DNA of 64,000 bases from Perkinsela sp. CCAP 1560/9 (lineage: Eukaryota; Protista; Euglenozoa: Kinetoplastea), in assembly GCA_965644495.1 (NCBI GenBank), contig CBFFSA010000002.1:558001-622000 (forward strand), read 5' to 3'. The translations under genes were made by a program, and so were the position numbers. This document shows, piece by piece, positions 19,730 through 32,089 of the stretch. The notes under the pieces were generated by a model. It saw nothing but the letters and a program-made list of their open reading frames with translations, ran no database searches and was not told the origin of the DNA. Position 1 is the stretch's first letter, and each line of letters starts with the position of its first letter.

Positions 19730-20719
19730 TTGCCCGAAAATGGGCCACTGGAATGTGAGCGATCCTTACCAGTAGCTTTCGCCGAAGCCACTTGGGACGC
19801 TTCTCGTTTTTTACGATATGATATGCCCTTCGAGCTTTCCTTTATCGTATCACTCCTCCACGGAGCCCCAGAACTCTCCATTCAGACCACGTTCCTTGAG
19901 TTTGTGGACAAGGAGTTCGCTCATAAAGCGAAGCATGAACGCTCCTTGATTGCGCAATCTCTAATGAAAGCACGGAAAACGAAAAATCATGAGCTTCTGG
20001 CATCGATACTTGATGACCAAGTCAAGAAACGTTCGTTGGTAGAACTTATTCTTGAGCCACCTAAGCCAACAAAGAAAGTAGATTGTCGCTCGACCGACGG
20101 GGACACAAATGAACAACTCATCGGATGGATTGGGACAAAGCAATGCCCATGTATTGACGGGGCGTTGTGGCATGCGCTGAATGAAGATATGTTGTTTAGG
20201 AACTTTTCGAACCCCTTGCTCAGTACTGCCTTTGGTGAGCACTTCGGTGGTCTTTTTGTTAGCTCGGGGAAAGGACGCGTTCCTCCAGAAATTCGAGGCA
20301 ACGAAAGTTTAATTATTGCGGCGAATTACTTTGTTTCTGAGCTGGCAGCTCTTTTTCTCGCGTTCAAAAGTGGATGCAAAGAGGCCACCGGAAATCGATG
20401 CATTGCACCTTGCCGCACGAGTGTTGGACTTATTCATTCTCAAGATAAAATACATATTCCAGCTGAAGTTCATGCGTCGTTGGAGACGGAATCAAGTGAA
20501 AAGAAAATTTTTAATCGGAGTGAAGCAGCAAAAAACTATCCTAAACGACAATATCGTCGGGACAAGCATAAGAGCTTTGTCGGCCACTCTCATCCTTATA
20601 AATTTCAGCGTCTGCCGCACTTAAAATATGTGCGTGCCCACGAAGAACCTCGGTCAGGAACAGTGGTGCGGGGGGAACGGAATGCCCGAGGTTTGTTGAC
20701 TCGTCAGCATGCTAAGTAG
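19730..20719 (+). CDS. Putative gag-like ORF1 of the YR element
   Basis: Position only; basic C-terminus; no diagnostic motif. Confidence 0.45.
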   Translation: MPENGPLECERSLPVAFAEATWDASRFLRYDMPFELSFIVSLLHGAPELSIQTTFLEFVDKEFAHKAKHERSLIAQSLMKARKTKNHELLASILDDQVKKRSLVELILEPPKPTKKVDCRSTDGDTNEQLIGWIGTKQCPCIDGALWHALNEDMLFRNFSNPLLSTAFGEHFGGLFVSSGKGRVPPEIRGNESLIIAANYFVSELAALFLAFKSGCKEATGNRCIAPCRTSVGLIHSQDKIHIPAEVHASLETESSEKKIFNRSEAAKNYPKRQYRRDKHKSFVGHSHPYKFQRLPHLKYVRAHEEPRSGTVVRGERNARGLLTRQHAK

Positions 20720-21282
20720 CATTCAGGCGAATGGAGTCGACTTGGTAGCTTACGGAGAAGTTTTAAAAATATTTCTGAATCTGTTTGCTTTCTCTTTCAT
20801 AATAATGCATATTTTCGACTTAGCAGGAATAGTTATTTGTTTCAGACGAATGCGGCGAATATATTACGCGACTTATTAAGGGAAAGGAAAGCAACGGCTC
20901 ACATCTATTTTCTCTATCAATATCGTGTGGATTCTTCTGGGGGTAGAATTATGGAGTAACAGAAAAATATGTATTAGGTATGATGTGCTTCAATCAGTCA
21001 TCATTTTTTATATATTGATTATCGGACAAATTTCTTGATAGAATCAGTGCAGTGCGCACCATTCTGGAATACAGAGTTTGAATCTAAACAACAGATCAGG
21101 TAAGAAAACAGATCAGTTAGAAACAGAAATACGAACACTTAGTAGACTTTGTAAGTTTCAAGAGTGAGAGTAAGCAAGATTCCAATGACTTACACTGATA
21201 CATAGTGTCTGTAAAATAATACTAAAGCCAAAGCTCTAAAGTTCTCTATAAAAGAGCATACTGCATATTCGGCGCTACTCTC

Positions 21283-22182
21283 GTGACTGAACCGGCGAAC
21301 GAGCTGGTATACAAACAAAAAAGTCCGCACCCAACTCTTGACGAGCTTGCCATTGTTTCTATAGCACCCTCTACCCTCTCGTTATACACTAACCGCATCG
21401 AAATTATAAAACAGCACTGTAGAAAGACTGGTCACCTTTTTATTACTATGGAAGCCTTCGGGGGGTTTCTCAACCACCTGGCAGTAACAAGTAAATCTAG
21501 CTCAACAATCCAAGGATACCACAGTGCACTCCTTTTCTTTCAAGAAGTACACAGATTGGACTTGGGAAAAGAGGAACAGCCATGGGCAAAAGACCCTATT
21601 GTCATGCGTGCGGTTGAAGGTGCAAAATGTCTAAGTAAAAGGAAGTCCACCGATATCCAGCCTAGGGGGTACGTAACCGAGAGCATGTTAACTCAACTTG
21701 TAGCATGGTTCGCTGTTCGACGTGACGGCCTTCAACTCGCTGATGCATTGAAGGTACAATATTATGCTGCACTGAGATCTTGTGAAGTTGAATTATTACG
21801 TGGAGGTGATTTATGTGGGGAAGGTAATAGGATGTATTTGGTTGTAAGGTGTGATAAAACACAGAAGTTTAGCACGGACCGTCTTAGGAACAAACCATTA
21901 CACCCCTACGCGATCAGCATTATTCAACCAATTATGAATACTGTTCCCCATGGTTATTTAGCCTTTCCGGCTTACAAAAAGCGAAACGTTAGTAAATGTT
22001 TGAAGCAAGCAGCAAAAGAACTTGCTTGGCCACCCGGTGTGCGCTTTGATGGCACACATACTTTGCGTCACGGGGGGACGGAGGTGGTAGTAAATGAAGC
22101 ATTGGATGTAATGATGGATGCCTTGTCGGGAATGAGTAGCCGAGTAAGGGAAAGACATTATATGCGGCCGCGAAATCAATAA
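21283..22182 (+). CDS. Tyrosine recombinase
   Basis: ALRSCEV (R), DKT (K), HTLRHGG (HxxR), RERHY (Y); N-terminal APSTLSLY..STIQGYHSAL. Confidence 0.9.
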   Translation: MTEPANELVYKQKSPHPTLDELAIVSIAPSTLSLYTNRIEIIKQHCRKTGHLFITMEAFGGFLNHLAVTSKSSSTIQGYHSALLFFQEVHRLDLGKEEQPWAKDPIVMRAVEGAKCLSKRKSTDIQPRGYVTESMLTQLVAWFAVRRDGLQLADALKVQYYAALRSCEVELLRGGDLCGEGNRMYLVVRCDKTQKFSTDRLRNKPLHPYAISIIQPIMNTVPHGYLAFPAYKKRNVSKCLKQAAKELAWPPGVRFDGTHTLRHGGTEVVVNEALDVMMDALSGMSSRVRERHYMRPRNQ

Positions 22183-22331
22183 AATGTTTGTGATACTAAT
22201 ATAATTAGTAGGATAATAAAGGGTAATACCAGGGGATGGAAGTAAATGGTATTAAATGATGTCATTATTCCGTATTTTGCCTAGACTGTTAGCTGGAAGC
22301 GCAACAGTAAGAGTTTTACCCATGTTTTAGG

Positions 22332-24110
22332 GTGCGCGCAAGGCAAATCTGGTACCACATTGTATTCAACAAACACTTTACTTCTGTTTTTAGCTATATT
22401 ATTGTAATGGAAGAACCTTTGCACGAACTCCCATACGAAGTGTTTCAGGCGAGCTCTGCTAAAATAGAGAAACATAGAGTGGGTATGCGACCACTAGACA
22501 AGATAAATGTAGCCGCCAAATTAAACTTAAAAGCTCTTAGTACCATCTCATTGGTGCAAGAGCATGGGTGGGCTCATCTTTGCGTTGCTTCTCTACTAAA
22601 CGCTAAATCTTTTCTCTCAATGATTAAGTTAGACCCCTTAGGGGATAGCTGTGGGGACCAATCACACGAACAGTGGATGCCCCATCTTCAAGAGCTACGT
22701 GAAGCGGATGTTCTTGACCACGTAAGGATTCCGCACAAGGTTCCACGGGTTTTCTTAAGATATTTTGAAGTAGAGAAAACAAAGTCATTAAGTAGGAGTA
22801 TTGTTGATGGCACACCTCTTAACCAGTTGTGCGAAAAGCCTCATCCTATAAATCTTCCTTCAATAGAAGAAATTATTTATGCACTATCATGGTTTCCTTC
22901 AGGAATTGTGGTAACGGGTGACATTCGCCACTGGTTCCATCACATTCCGTTACCGGATGGAATAAGGAATATTTTCTCCATCAAGTGTGCAAAGCAAGTC
23001 TTTGAGCTAAAAGTTTTACCCATGGGGTTTTCATGGGCGCCATATATAGCACAATGTCTGGGGTGGATCATTGTCCTGAATGCTCTTCCCATCGGTTATA
23101 CTTATGTTTTAGTAAGGGAACAAATTAATGTTCCTCCATCATACATTTGGATAGCAAGAAAACGTGATCAGCAACGCTGTGGTGTAGTTTTCTTGTGGGT
23201 TGATAATATACTAACAATATCAAATAATCGTTGTGTTGCGGAAGAAATATACAACAAGCTTCGAAGAGCAGCAAAGAGTGCCCCACTCGGCTTTAGCATT
23301 AACTGGAAGTTCTTAACGTCCCCCACCACAACGGGTTCATTTCTAGGATTTGACTTTCGATGGTGTGAACAGTCGCTTCTTTGGAAGCACTCTCTTGAGA
23401 ACATCAAAAAATGGTCTTTGTTACAGCCATTGACGTGCCAGACTGTACAAGAAGTCCAACACATAATAGGGGTCATTATGTGGGACACTCTGGTAAGAAA
23501 TGCACCTTTCGCATCGGTCTACGACATTCATACGCTGGGAAGGGCTGTCTTTAACAAACAAACGCGCGATAAACACGGTCTTTCCAAGGACCAACTAGTC
23601 CTTTTACTTAATGCGTTTATACAGGTACTACAGAATTGTGAAAACTCCCGTGTATGCCCCAAAGCTATCAATGATTATGTGATTGCCTTTTCAGATGCCT
23701 CACTATCGCACTTGGGTTATTGCATATGCTCCCGGGAAGGGCGCATTTTGGTGGAAAAAACTATTCCTGCCAGAGAATGTGCTGACATCTACAAATTAGA
23801 ATTTCAAGCTGCCTCTTTAGCCCTAACGAGCGCGTGGACACTTGCTGAGCATGTCCTCCTCGGCTGTGATAATACAGACACAGTTCATGCTCTTATGAGA
23901 CGGACTTCCAGCAGAGAAGATATTTGTCAGCAACTTTTAGTTCTGGAGGACGCGTGTACCTCAAGCCAACTCACGAAACAAGTCTTTTATATCCCGTCCC
24001 AATGCAACCCTGCCGATGGATTAACTAGAAGCGAACACGGATTTTGCGTCAAGATGGACATTTTAAGTTCTGCCATCGAATACGCAAAGCGTCATCTACC
24101 GATGGGTTAA
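22332..24110 (+). CDS. DIRS-type reverse transcriptase + RNase H
   Basis: GDIRHWFHHIPL, LPMGFSWAPYIAQ, WVDN, FLG; RH FSDAS, LE, GCDN, NPADGLTR. Confidence 0.92.
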   Translation: MRARQIWYHIVFNKHFTSVFSYIIVMEEPLHELPYEVFQASSAKIEKHRVGMRPLDKINVAAKLNLKALSTISLVQEHGWAHLCVASLLNAKSFLSMIKLDPLGDSCGDQSHEQWMPHLQELREADVLDHVRIPHKVPRVFLRYFEVEKTKSLSRSIVDGTPLNQLCEKPHPINLPSIEEIIYALSWFPSGIVVTGDIRHWFHHIPLPDGIRNIFSIKCAKQVFELKVLPMGFSWAPYIAQCLGWIIVLNALPIGYTYVLVREQINVPPSYIWIARKRDQQRCGVVFLWVDNILTISNNRCVAEEIYNKLRRAAKSAPLGFSINWKFLTSPTTTGSFLGFDFRWCEQSLLWKHSLENIKKWSLLQPLTCQTVQEVQHIIGVIMWDTLVRNAPFASVYDIHTLGRAVFNKQTRDKHGLSKDQLVLLLNAFIQVLQNCENSRVCPKAINDYVIAFSDASLSHLGYCICSREGRILVEKTIPARECADIYKLEFQAASLALTSAWTLAEHVLLGCDNTDTVHALMRRTSSREDICQQLLVLEDACTSSQLTKQVFYIPSQCNPADGLTRSEHGFCVKMDILSSAIEYAKRHLPMG

Positions 24111-24547
24111 TCTCTTGTTTATGGGCCCTGCATGCCTAGAGTGCTGACGTACAAAAGAATTGTTTGACTCTTACCGTGTACTGCTACTTCTCCCGGTGTG
24201 GTATATTCATGTAGAATACACAATGTATTTAAATACATTTATTCTATGTCCTATGTGTATGGTGTGCGGTTTAACATCACCCAAAAAGGTAACACAATGA
24301 ACAATAAAATAAGTGAATACCCTTTCTACTAGTGTCTGTAATGTTAGATTTCACCTTTTATTAAAGTATGTATATCAGCCTCTTGTTCGGATGCGTATAT
24401 ACAAAATCGTATATACAGGATCCTATCCCGGCTCCGAACGAAGGCCTCCTCGACATGCGTTGAATCGTATGCTGGGGAGATCACCATCGTACGGTAGACA
24501 GCCCCTTAAGTGGGATGTGCTTGCGCATCGCAGCTAGCCGCCAGATA

Positions 24548-24666
24548 TTTTTTTTTCTGGTCTACTCGGTGCCAGGCCTGCCAAGGCGTGTATACTACGC
24601 CGTGATAATGATGGATTGGTGACCCCTTACTAGGCTGCGTCTAGACTAGGGTAACCAACCCTACCA
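24548..24666 (-). mobile_element. Inverted ~119-bp copy of the 3' terminus (19457-19575) of the HERO-like element, including poly(A)
   Basis: Near-exact reverse complement. Confidence 0.9.
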
Positions 24667-27429
24667 ATATATTGCACCAGAGGGCTATGTGAGAGCTCTC
24701 GAATGCGCTATTATTTTCCAAAACTGGTCAAGTATTAACATTTTTAGACCGCCTCCAGATCGAGCTGATCCCCCCTATATGACCTGAACTCGCAAACCTA
24801 AGACTCCGTGCATGTAAAAAATCAGCATTTCATTATACCGTATACCCCCCAAGTAAGAGAATGGGTTTTGGGTCAAAATGGCCAAATCTCTCTTACTGGG
24901 GGGTATACTTTTTTGGCCAGTTTTATCTTTTCCTCCAACATTTTAGACAAATTTTAATTTTTTGCTTCTGAAAGCGTGTTAAAACGCTTATTTGGGTTAC
25001 CCCCGAGGCCCCCGACGTGCGGACACTCACCCCCTACCCCCTATACGCTTCCTGTGGGGGTCCCGATCCGAATTTCTCTTACTGGGGGGGGGGGGTACCT
25101 TTCTGGGGGGTATACGGTAATAGGCTATCGAAAGCCGACATCTTGACTGCAAAGCAACCCGAGCCACCAAACTCCAGCCGGATTTGCATTTCAAAAGGAC
25201 GGTACGAAATATACAAATGTGGGTGACGACAGGGTGGGGGTCTAAAATTCGTAAAACTTTGCTCTCAAAACTTGCCTTCAAAAAACCTTTCGAAAGTAGT
25301 ATTGCCTTCAAAACTTTAGGAAATTTTGCGCGTATCAAAAGAAGGCAGAGTGGCGTCTGATTTAAAGTACGTTTTCGCAAAACCTATGACCTACACTGCA
25401 TACAACCTAAACTGTATGCAAACGTCATTTCATACATTATTCATACATTAATGGCGGTCCAACATTTGAAATAGTCGAAAAGGAAGATTGTCATAAATCA
25501 ATACCAACAAAGAATATAAAATACTCTACTTCTACTTTTATGTTTTTCAGCCCAACCATGAAGCGTGACACTTGAAGATATTTTTTATTTACTTATGTAG
25601 GTGTGATCAACTCCAGCCGGATAAACTCAGGGCAGAGGATTTAGGCATTCAAGAATTGCTGTACAAAGACCTCGATAAGATAGATCTGCATATACATATG
25701 GGTGTACTTGAGCCCTTCTACCGTCCTCAAGTGTTAGATACGCGTGGCGAAAAATTGCGTCATATGATGCAACACAGTGTGAACGGTTTTCAGCGACCAT
25801 GGCGACGACAGCACTACTGACCAGCATGCAAAGAGGTATTACATACTTTATTCTATGAATACGTTGACCTACAGTAGGAGAACCATACGAAATCATTTGC
25901 AGGAAGAATACGAGAAAGTTTTTAAGGAAAACTTTTAATAGATAAAAGGCTTTGAATCACATGGATAAAATTGATTGTCACGCACTTAGGTTTAAAGCAA
26001 AAAAGTATTTACAGTGTTATATTTAATTACGGTATTATTTAATTACGCTTTTAAGGTTATTTTTGGCTAAAAATAATCTTAATTAAATTAACCGTAATAT
26101 AACCCACTCGTAAATTAATATTTTTTGAACACACTTTTTGAGTAACTTTTAAGCGCTCAAGCCATTGGATTCGTCTGTGATGATTTTATAAAGGTTTCTG
26201 TTTCGTATGAAGGTGAGGTCGATGGTGATAGACATGAAAAAAAGTATTTTTTTTCGCGGCTAAAAATAATCTTAATTAAAAATAACCGTAATGAAAAATA
26301 ACCGTAATATAATCCACTCGTATTCGAATACTTCACTGTAACTAAATTTAAGCTGCAGAATAGATTTTTGTACATTATGTATTCATTACGATTGTAAAAA
26401 TAATCTCTGAACCCTTATCTAAAAAACGAAAAATGAAATTATCCAGGTTGCCTCTTACGAACATTTGTATTGCTGCTGTATTGCTATCTAAGGAAGCTTG
26501 TCGGGGGTTATATTTCCACCCCATGATAGAGAGGAGAGAACCACACGCAGTGACTATTGGGGGTACCCACAAGTAGAGCTTAGCAGCATGATAAATTGAA
26601 GGAAACCTTTCTTTCCCTACATCTTCCTACCACGTCTATGAAGATGTGTGTACAGAGGGTTTCCATTCATAATTTTTGTATTCTACGTAATTATTCCACT
26701 CTTCTTCAGTGATGTGAAATAAAGGTTCGCCGCTCCGAAAAAGATCATTCGCGACCTCCAGATCCTCATCTGCTTTTTGCTGCTGAAAAATACATGCATT
26801 GATGAAAACTTCATCACCCCCCTCCAGTAATACATATACATGCATATGTAGCATACATATGCATGCTTTGTGCTCAAGTCTTTTTTTATGCCTTTCTAGA
26901 GACTCTTTCAACACCGCATTTCCGCCTTCTTTGTCTCCCTCAATTTTTAATTTTTGAATAATTGGATGTGGCAACAAAGCCATGGGCTCTTTCGGCATAT
27001 CTGACAAAGGCTTGAGCGAGCTGTGTACAACATCGAGACGAAGTAATAAAATTATATATCCTAAGTCTGTTTTCTGAGAATATCGTAGTCTGCCTCCTGG
27101 ATCACTTCAGCACATTGCTTAACTGATTCTGAAGCCGTTCCAGAAGTAATTTCATCAGACACGAAACGAATAATAGTGGGCAAATTATCAGCGATATAGT
27201 TCAAGCTGTCGAAGTGTCCAACACACCATCTCGTAGGTCCTCCCAGCTTCGGCGCTGGAATTCTATTCATATGCTTAGCACGTTTTAGGGCTTCCATGAC
27301 TATTGGACCGTGCTCAAGTAGCTGAGGATGTTTCTCTGCAAGAGATCCAGTGCTCCGTAACGCCGATAGAAGAGCTGTCACAGGCTCCACAGAAATACCT
27401 TTTAGCTTTTCTATAGCATTACATAGCTA

Positions 27430-28018
27430 CAGGGGCGGTTGTTGATCTTGCCCCCTCCTGGGAATTTTAAATTTTTCTATCCGTTTTCGCTCATCTTTGC
27501 AGCATTGAAGAGATCTCGTTCCCCTAGCGAAGCGCTTTGCCGCCTTTTTTTCATAGAGACCCCCTGATGCCCTGTCGGGACTCGAAAGTTTACAAAAATC
27601 GGAAATTTTGGATTTTTAATCATATTCAGAAAAAATGACTTCAACAAAAAAAATGTTTGTCCTAGAAGAAACCCACAACGAATCAATATCCAGGTCCTCC
27701 ATTGTTTTGCAGTACGTTTCGAAGCCTATTGGGAACCGAATCAATGGAGTTTAACACTTTTTTTTTCTGTGCGATATTAGGGGGTATTTTTGCCTATTAG
27801 CTTTCCACCCTTCTACATATTCACCACTTTTAGGGTTAGTCGGTCTTGATTGCGTGTTGTTGAGGTTTGAAAATTTCTATTAAGCAGCTATTGATGTTTC
27901 TACAGAAATATTGCTTGAGCATAAAGAAATTAGAAGACTCTCTTCAATGCTGCAAAGATAAGCGAAAACGGATAAAAAAAAAATTCCCAGGAGGGGGCAA
28001 GATCAACAACCGCCCCTG
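27430..28018. mobile_element. MITE with ~80-bp TIRs and TA flanks (Tc1/mariner type)
   Basis: CAGGGGCGGTTGTTGATCTTGCCCCCTCCTGGGAA... and its reverse complement. Confidence 0.88.
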
Positions 28019-28203
28019 TATGTGACATGTGACAAACGAGATTCTTCCGGTAAATTGCCATCACCCAATATCTGATACCACTGGGAAAAGAATTCGATTG
28101 CATCGTGGGTTTCTTCGACTACTGAACCTAATATTTCCTCTATACTCCCCCTTTCATAATTCTTTATAAGTTCGAGCCCAAAATGATTCATGGTTTTATA
28201 TAA

Positions 28204-28582
28204 CCCGGGGAACGGAATATTATTTAATAACGCTATAATATTTAAATGACACTATATTATTTAAATAGCAAAATTCATCCCATTTTCCCACTATGGCGGG
28301 CCTACTTGTTGAGAAATTTTTTTGGAAATACCTAGAATTCTTTGGTAATAGAATTGCACGCTAAAATCATTTTTTACAACTTTTTAAGTGCCCTATACCA
28401 ACTTAGAAGCCCCTTAAACTACCGTACTTACTTCTAAAGGCCACATTTTTGCTTGCGTTTTTCCCCGATTTAAATATTATAGCGTTAACGCTATATTATT
28501 TAAATAGGAACTTTAACACTATATTATTTAAATAACACTATATTCTTCAAATAGCGATTTAAATAATATACCGTTCCCCGGG
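28204..28582. mobile_element. MITE, piggyBac-like ends
   Basis: CCCGGGGAACGG / CCGTTCCCCGGG, flanked by ATAA and TTAA; internal TATTATTTAAAT repeats. Confidence 0.7.
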
Positions 28583-29072
28583 TTAAATTCATATAAAACT
28601 TTGACACGCCTGAAAAACGCCAAAAGAGCAGGTTAAAAAACGGAGCTCGCGGCGCTGCGCGCCGCGTATTTCTCATTCTGATTCGCGTATCAAATGCATA
28701 TTTTGAATTTTCTTTTTTAGACATCAAGCAGTCTAATAGTTTTAGAAACTTCTTTATCGGTTCTTCGTTTCGGTCCTCTTTTTTTATCAAATTCATCAAT
28801 GTGGTCAAATGTGTGTGACTTTACATATCAAATTCGGTCACCTATTTATGCAAACACCCCATCAAAGCGCATAAGAACTAGTAGAACTAATGATCATAAT
28901 GTATATTAATAAGTAAATCCATCTCGGTACCAAACACTTATAAAGCTTTATATAATATAAATATGAATCGCCGAAACATTTACAGTTTATATTTATAAAG
29001 AATTATGAAAGGAGGAGTAGCACGGCCCATATATTTCCCCTTCTTTGCACTTGGCTTGCCCCCTGACCAAAA

Positions 29073-30019
29073 TAAACCCCTCCGCACCAATAAGGCACCC
29101 ACCCTTAACTTTTCAGACAAATGTCCGTTTGGGCTAATCTTTGTTGTATTTTTCAGATCTCAACGTAAAAACTTTGCGCGTGAAGAAATGAGACAAAAAG
29201 AAACGAATACGTATACTTTAGAGAGAGATTACCATTTTGTCACCATTTCTCCGTTACTCGCTACGCAAACTTTGAGGCAAGCATCGAAGTTCAAAACCGA
29301 ATCATAAATATAATCTTGAGACAATTTACGCCAAGCTTTACGTACGGTTTTTATGAGATCTTCTTTATTTGCAAGATTGTATTCATCTACAAGATTTTGT
29401 ACCATGCTCCACACGTTTTCTATTGGTGAGAGATCGGGGGAGTTGGGCGGCCAATTTTTCAATAATTTCATGTTGCCGTCCTCAAGGTACACTTTTGTTT
29501 CCTTCGCAATGTGAGGTGTTGCCCCATCTTGCTGAAAAATACAGTTTGGGGTGAATGGTACTTTTTTTAATGTTTTAATGTACGAAACACATGTAATTGA
29601 GATGGATGGGAGAATAACAAGGTGTCCTTGGATTCCTTTTTTTTACTTCAGGGCTCAGAGTGTAAATTTTCAGGCGAATTGTTTTTCAAACATTTTCGAA
29701 TATGTTTCACATTATATTCGCGGGTAATTAAACTCGCGGGCTAGTTGCCTTATCGCAACCCTTTGGCCAAGCCTCATGCGCAATAACACTTTTCCACTTT
29801 CTGTAAGACCACCCCTGGGGAGTCGATACGCATTTCTTGGTATGAAAAGTGCGTTTTTCAAAAAAAAACATCCAACTCTTTTTTAGTTTTCGAAATGACC
29901 TAAAGACAACGGGAACGTACAGATCTCAAAATTTTGCACGATAAAGTGGTGCGATAACCCCCCTAGCCCCCCTCGTACAAAAAATAAGGGTGGGTGCCTT
30001 TTTGATGCGGAGGGGTTTA
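29073..30019 (-). mobile_element. Internally deleted Tc1-like transposon (TAAACCCCT TIR family)
   Basis: TIRs at both ends; WPPNSPDLSPIENVW fragment; near copy at 51438-52374. Confidence 0.88.
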
Positions 30020-31140
30020 CATGCGTAAAAGTGTTTCGGAGGCGCATAACTGCCATCGATTGAAAGTGTCCCGCGCGACGAGATTCAATATGTGCCCAAA
30101 GCACGACAGTTCCCTAACACAAGGAATCATCATGCGTATGCCATTGCACATACTATTATTTATTTATACATATTATTTGTGTCTTCCGCCCCCACAGGTG
30201 AAATACGATCGTAAAGATCTTTCAATTCACGCTCTGTAGCAACCCGTACAACGTGGTTTACACCGCAACCATCGACCATTAGGTATCGTAATTTTTGTAT
30301 CGAGTCTCCGAGACCACTCCGAAGCATACTGAGTATTGATTTTGACATTTCATTGCCGTTAAACGCCCTGTAACGTTTATGGTAGATAGGTGGGAGGACA
30401 AAAGACTCACTGCCTGCGTACAAAACACTAATTAAAACGTTTTGATGCTTGACATTATGAATTCTATTGCTATTCCGAAAAACGTAGCCTCCGATACGGT
30501 CTTATAAATTCTCCCAAATTTCGGTTGCCAAGGTTTTCTCGTTACGATGTTTTGGCACATGGAAGACGGCGCAGTATGATTTGTGGTTCTTTGTGCGGTC
30601 GCATTTCTTCATACACGTAGAGACAAATTTCAGCAACCCTTCAGTTGATAAATTCGTTTTCGCACCGAGACACGGTAGTGACCTTTCAATGAATGATGTC
30701 GCATCGAAATCACGAGACGACTTGCCCTCACTATGCTTTTGTTCTCTCGCACCGATTTGCAAAAGTCGTTTTTGTGTGCATAGTATGTTTATTTACATCG
30801 GCTGTGAAAAATCATGGAACAGCATCGACAAACTACATGTCGCCGCTGATGAGCGTCATCTTTTAGAAAGGAGCCCGAGGCCTGACGATGGTCCATTTCG
30901 AGGAAGCGTTATCCGTATGCTTAAAATCGCACGACTCATAATAAAAGTATTTGGATAGATCCCCATACTTCAGTGGATCATCCACGTTTCCGGAAGGCTT
31001 ACTTTTCTTGTTTTTTTCACCCAACGTGATGGCTTCCCGAAGGGTGGATAGACTTACAACTGTAGCTGCCGCGGTCCTTCCGCCACACGCTCTGCAACAG
31101 CATCGCAGATAGCACTGTCCATGCGGTTGCTCGCCCTCTT
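30020..31140 (-). pseudogene. Degraded hAT-like transposase
   Basis: Minus strand reads YLMVDGCGVN and SCFGHILNLVA (CxxHxLNL signature); truncated by the Tc1 copy. Confidence 0.55.
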
Positions 31141-31549
31141 CCGTGTTCTTAGTGTCTTATCTTGGGAGTTATAAAGAAATTAATCGTGCGTTGAAGAGTG
31201 AACCTCTTGAGAAAAAAATACTTCCGATGAAGAGGTGGTAATTGTAACATCATGTACCTTACGGATTGACCGGGAAGAGTGTCGAGGTGGAGAAAGTGGA
31301 GAAGTTGGAGCAGGGGGAGAAGACGCGTGATTAATTTGTCGGGAAGAGTCTTTTTCGACATTGGACTTCTTACAAATACTCTCTGGCAGAGGAAACCCCT
31401 GTGGAAGAGAAATGGGAGGAGGAGGAATGCGAAATCCTCCCGTAGGCCCTCTACCTCTCATTTTGCAAGTTAAGAATAAGAAGTTGATATACTTCGTCGT
31501 TATTCGACATTATTTTGATGTTCATGCGCTCGTTGGCGCAGAGATACAG

Positions 31550-32089
31550 CCCTGGATGCGACAGCCGATATCATCGGCACAATCCGTATTGACGGATGTC
31601 GCACCAAGGGGGTTTAGCTCGGACTCTGTCGGTAGAGGGGGTCCAGGCAACTCGCCCTCTCTTTACGCAGCCGGAGGGGCGCACTGCAACCGACTCGGTC
31701 CCAGTCGGTAGAGGTGGTCCAGGCAACTCACCACCTCTTTACGCAGCCGGAGGGGCGCACTGCAACCGACCGCTGCCTCGCGATAATGCGAGGCAGAGCC
31801 ACGCCCAGTGGTCCTCAAGGGAGGCCACCATGGCGCATGGCTCCCCGGGAAGAAAAGGGCGCGAAGGGAAGAAAGCCGGGGAGGGAAGAAAACCCACTCA
31901 AGGAGTGAGCCGGGGAGGGGTGATGGGGTGGAAGCGCGTCCCCTACTTCGCCGAGAAAGAGGGACAGTTTCGGCCTTAGTGCCGGCCGGCAACGGGCATA
32001 TAAAACAGTAAGATTATGCCCGTTGCCGGGGAAAGAAAAGATGAACTAAAGGGAAAATGTACCAACAAGGTACAGAAACTGTATCTTTA
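31550..32089 (-). ncRNA. SL-headed, densely structured non-coding element
   Basis: 27 nt of SL + GT, pyrimidine tract, 15-bp hairpin 31986-32029, duplicated 67-nt three-way junction (31628-31694, 31704-31770). Confidence 0.55.
32063..32089 (-). other. 5'-truncated spliced-leader copy followed by GT
   Basis: Minus strand TAAAGATACAGTTTCTGTACCTTGTTG-GT. Confidence 0.85.

Larger units (their letters stand above)
19730..24110 (+). mobile_element. Tyrosine-recombinase retrotransposon with gag-YR-RT/RNaseH order (VIPER/TATE-like); termini not defined
   Basis: Three co-oriented open ORFs with YR upstream of RT/RH. Confidence 0.85.

Noticed and set aside
25572-27390. Short ORFs as an intron-containing host gene
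   Set aside because: No recognisable domain, and splice sites cannot be supported without transcripts
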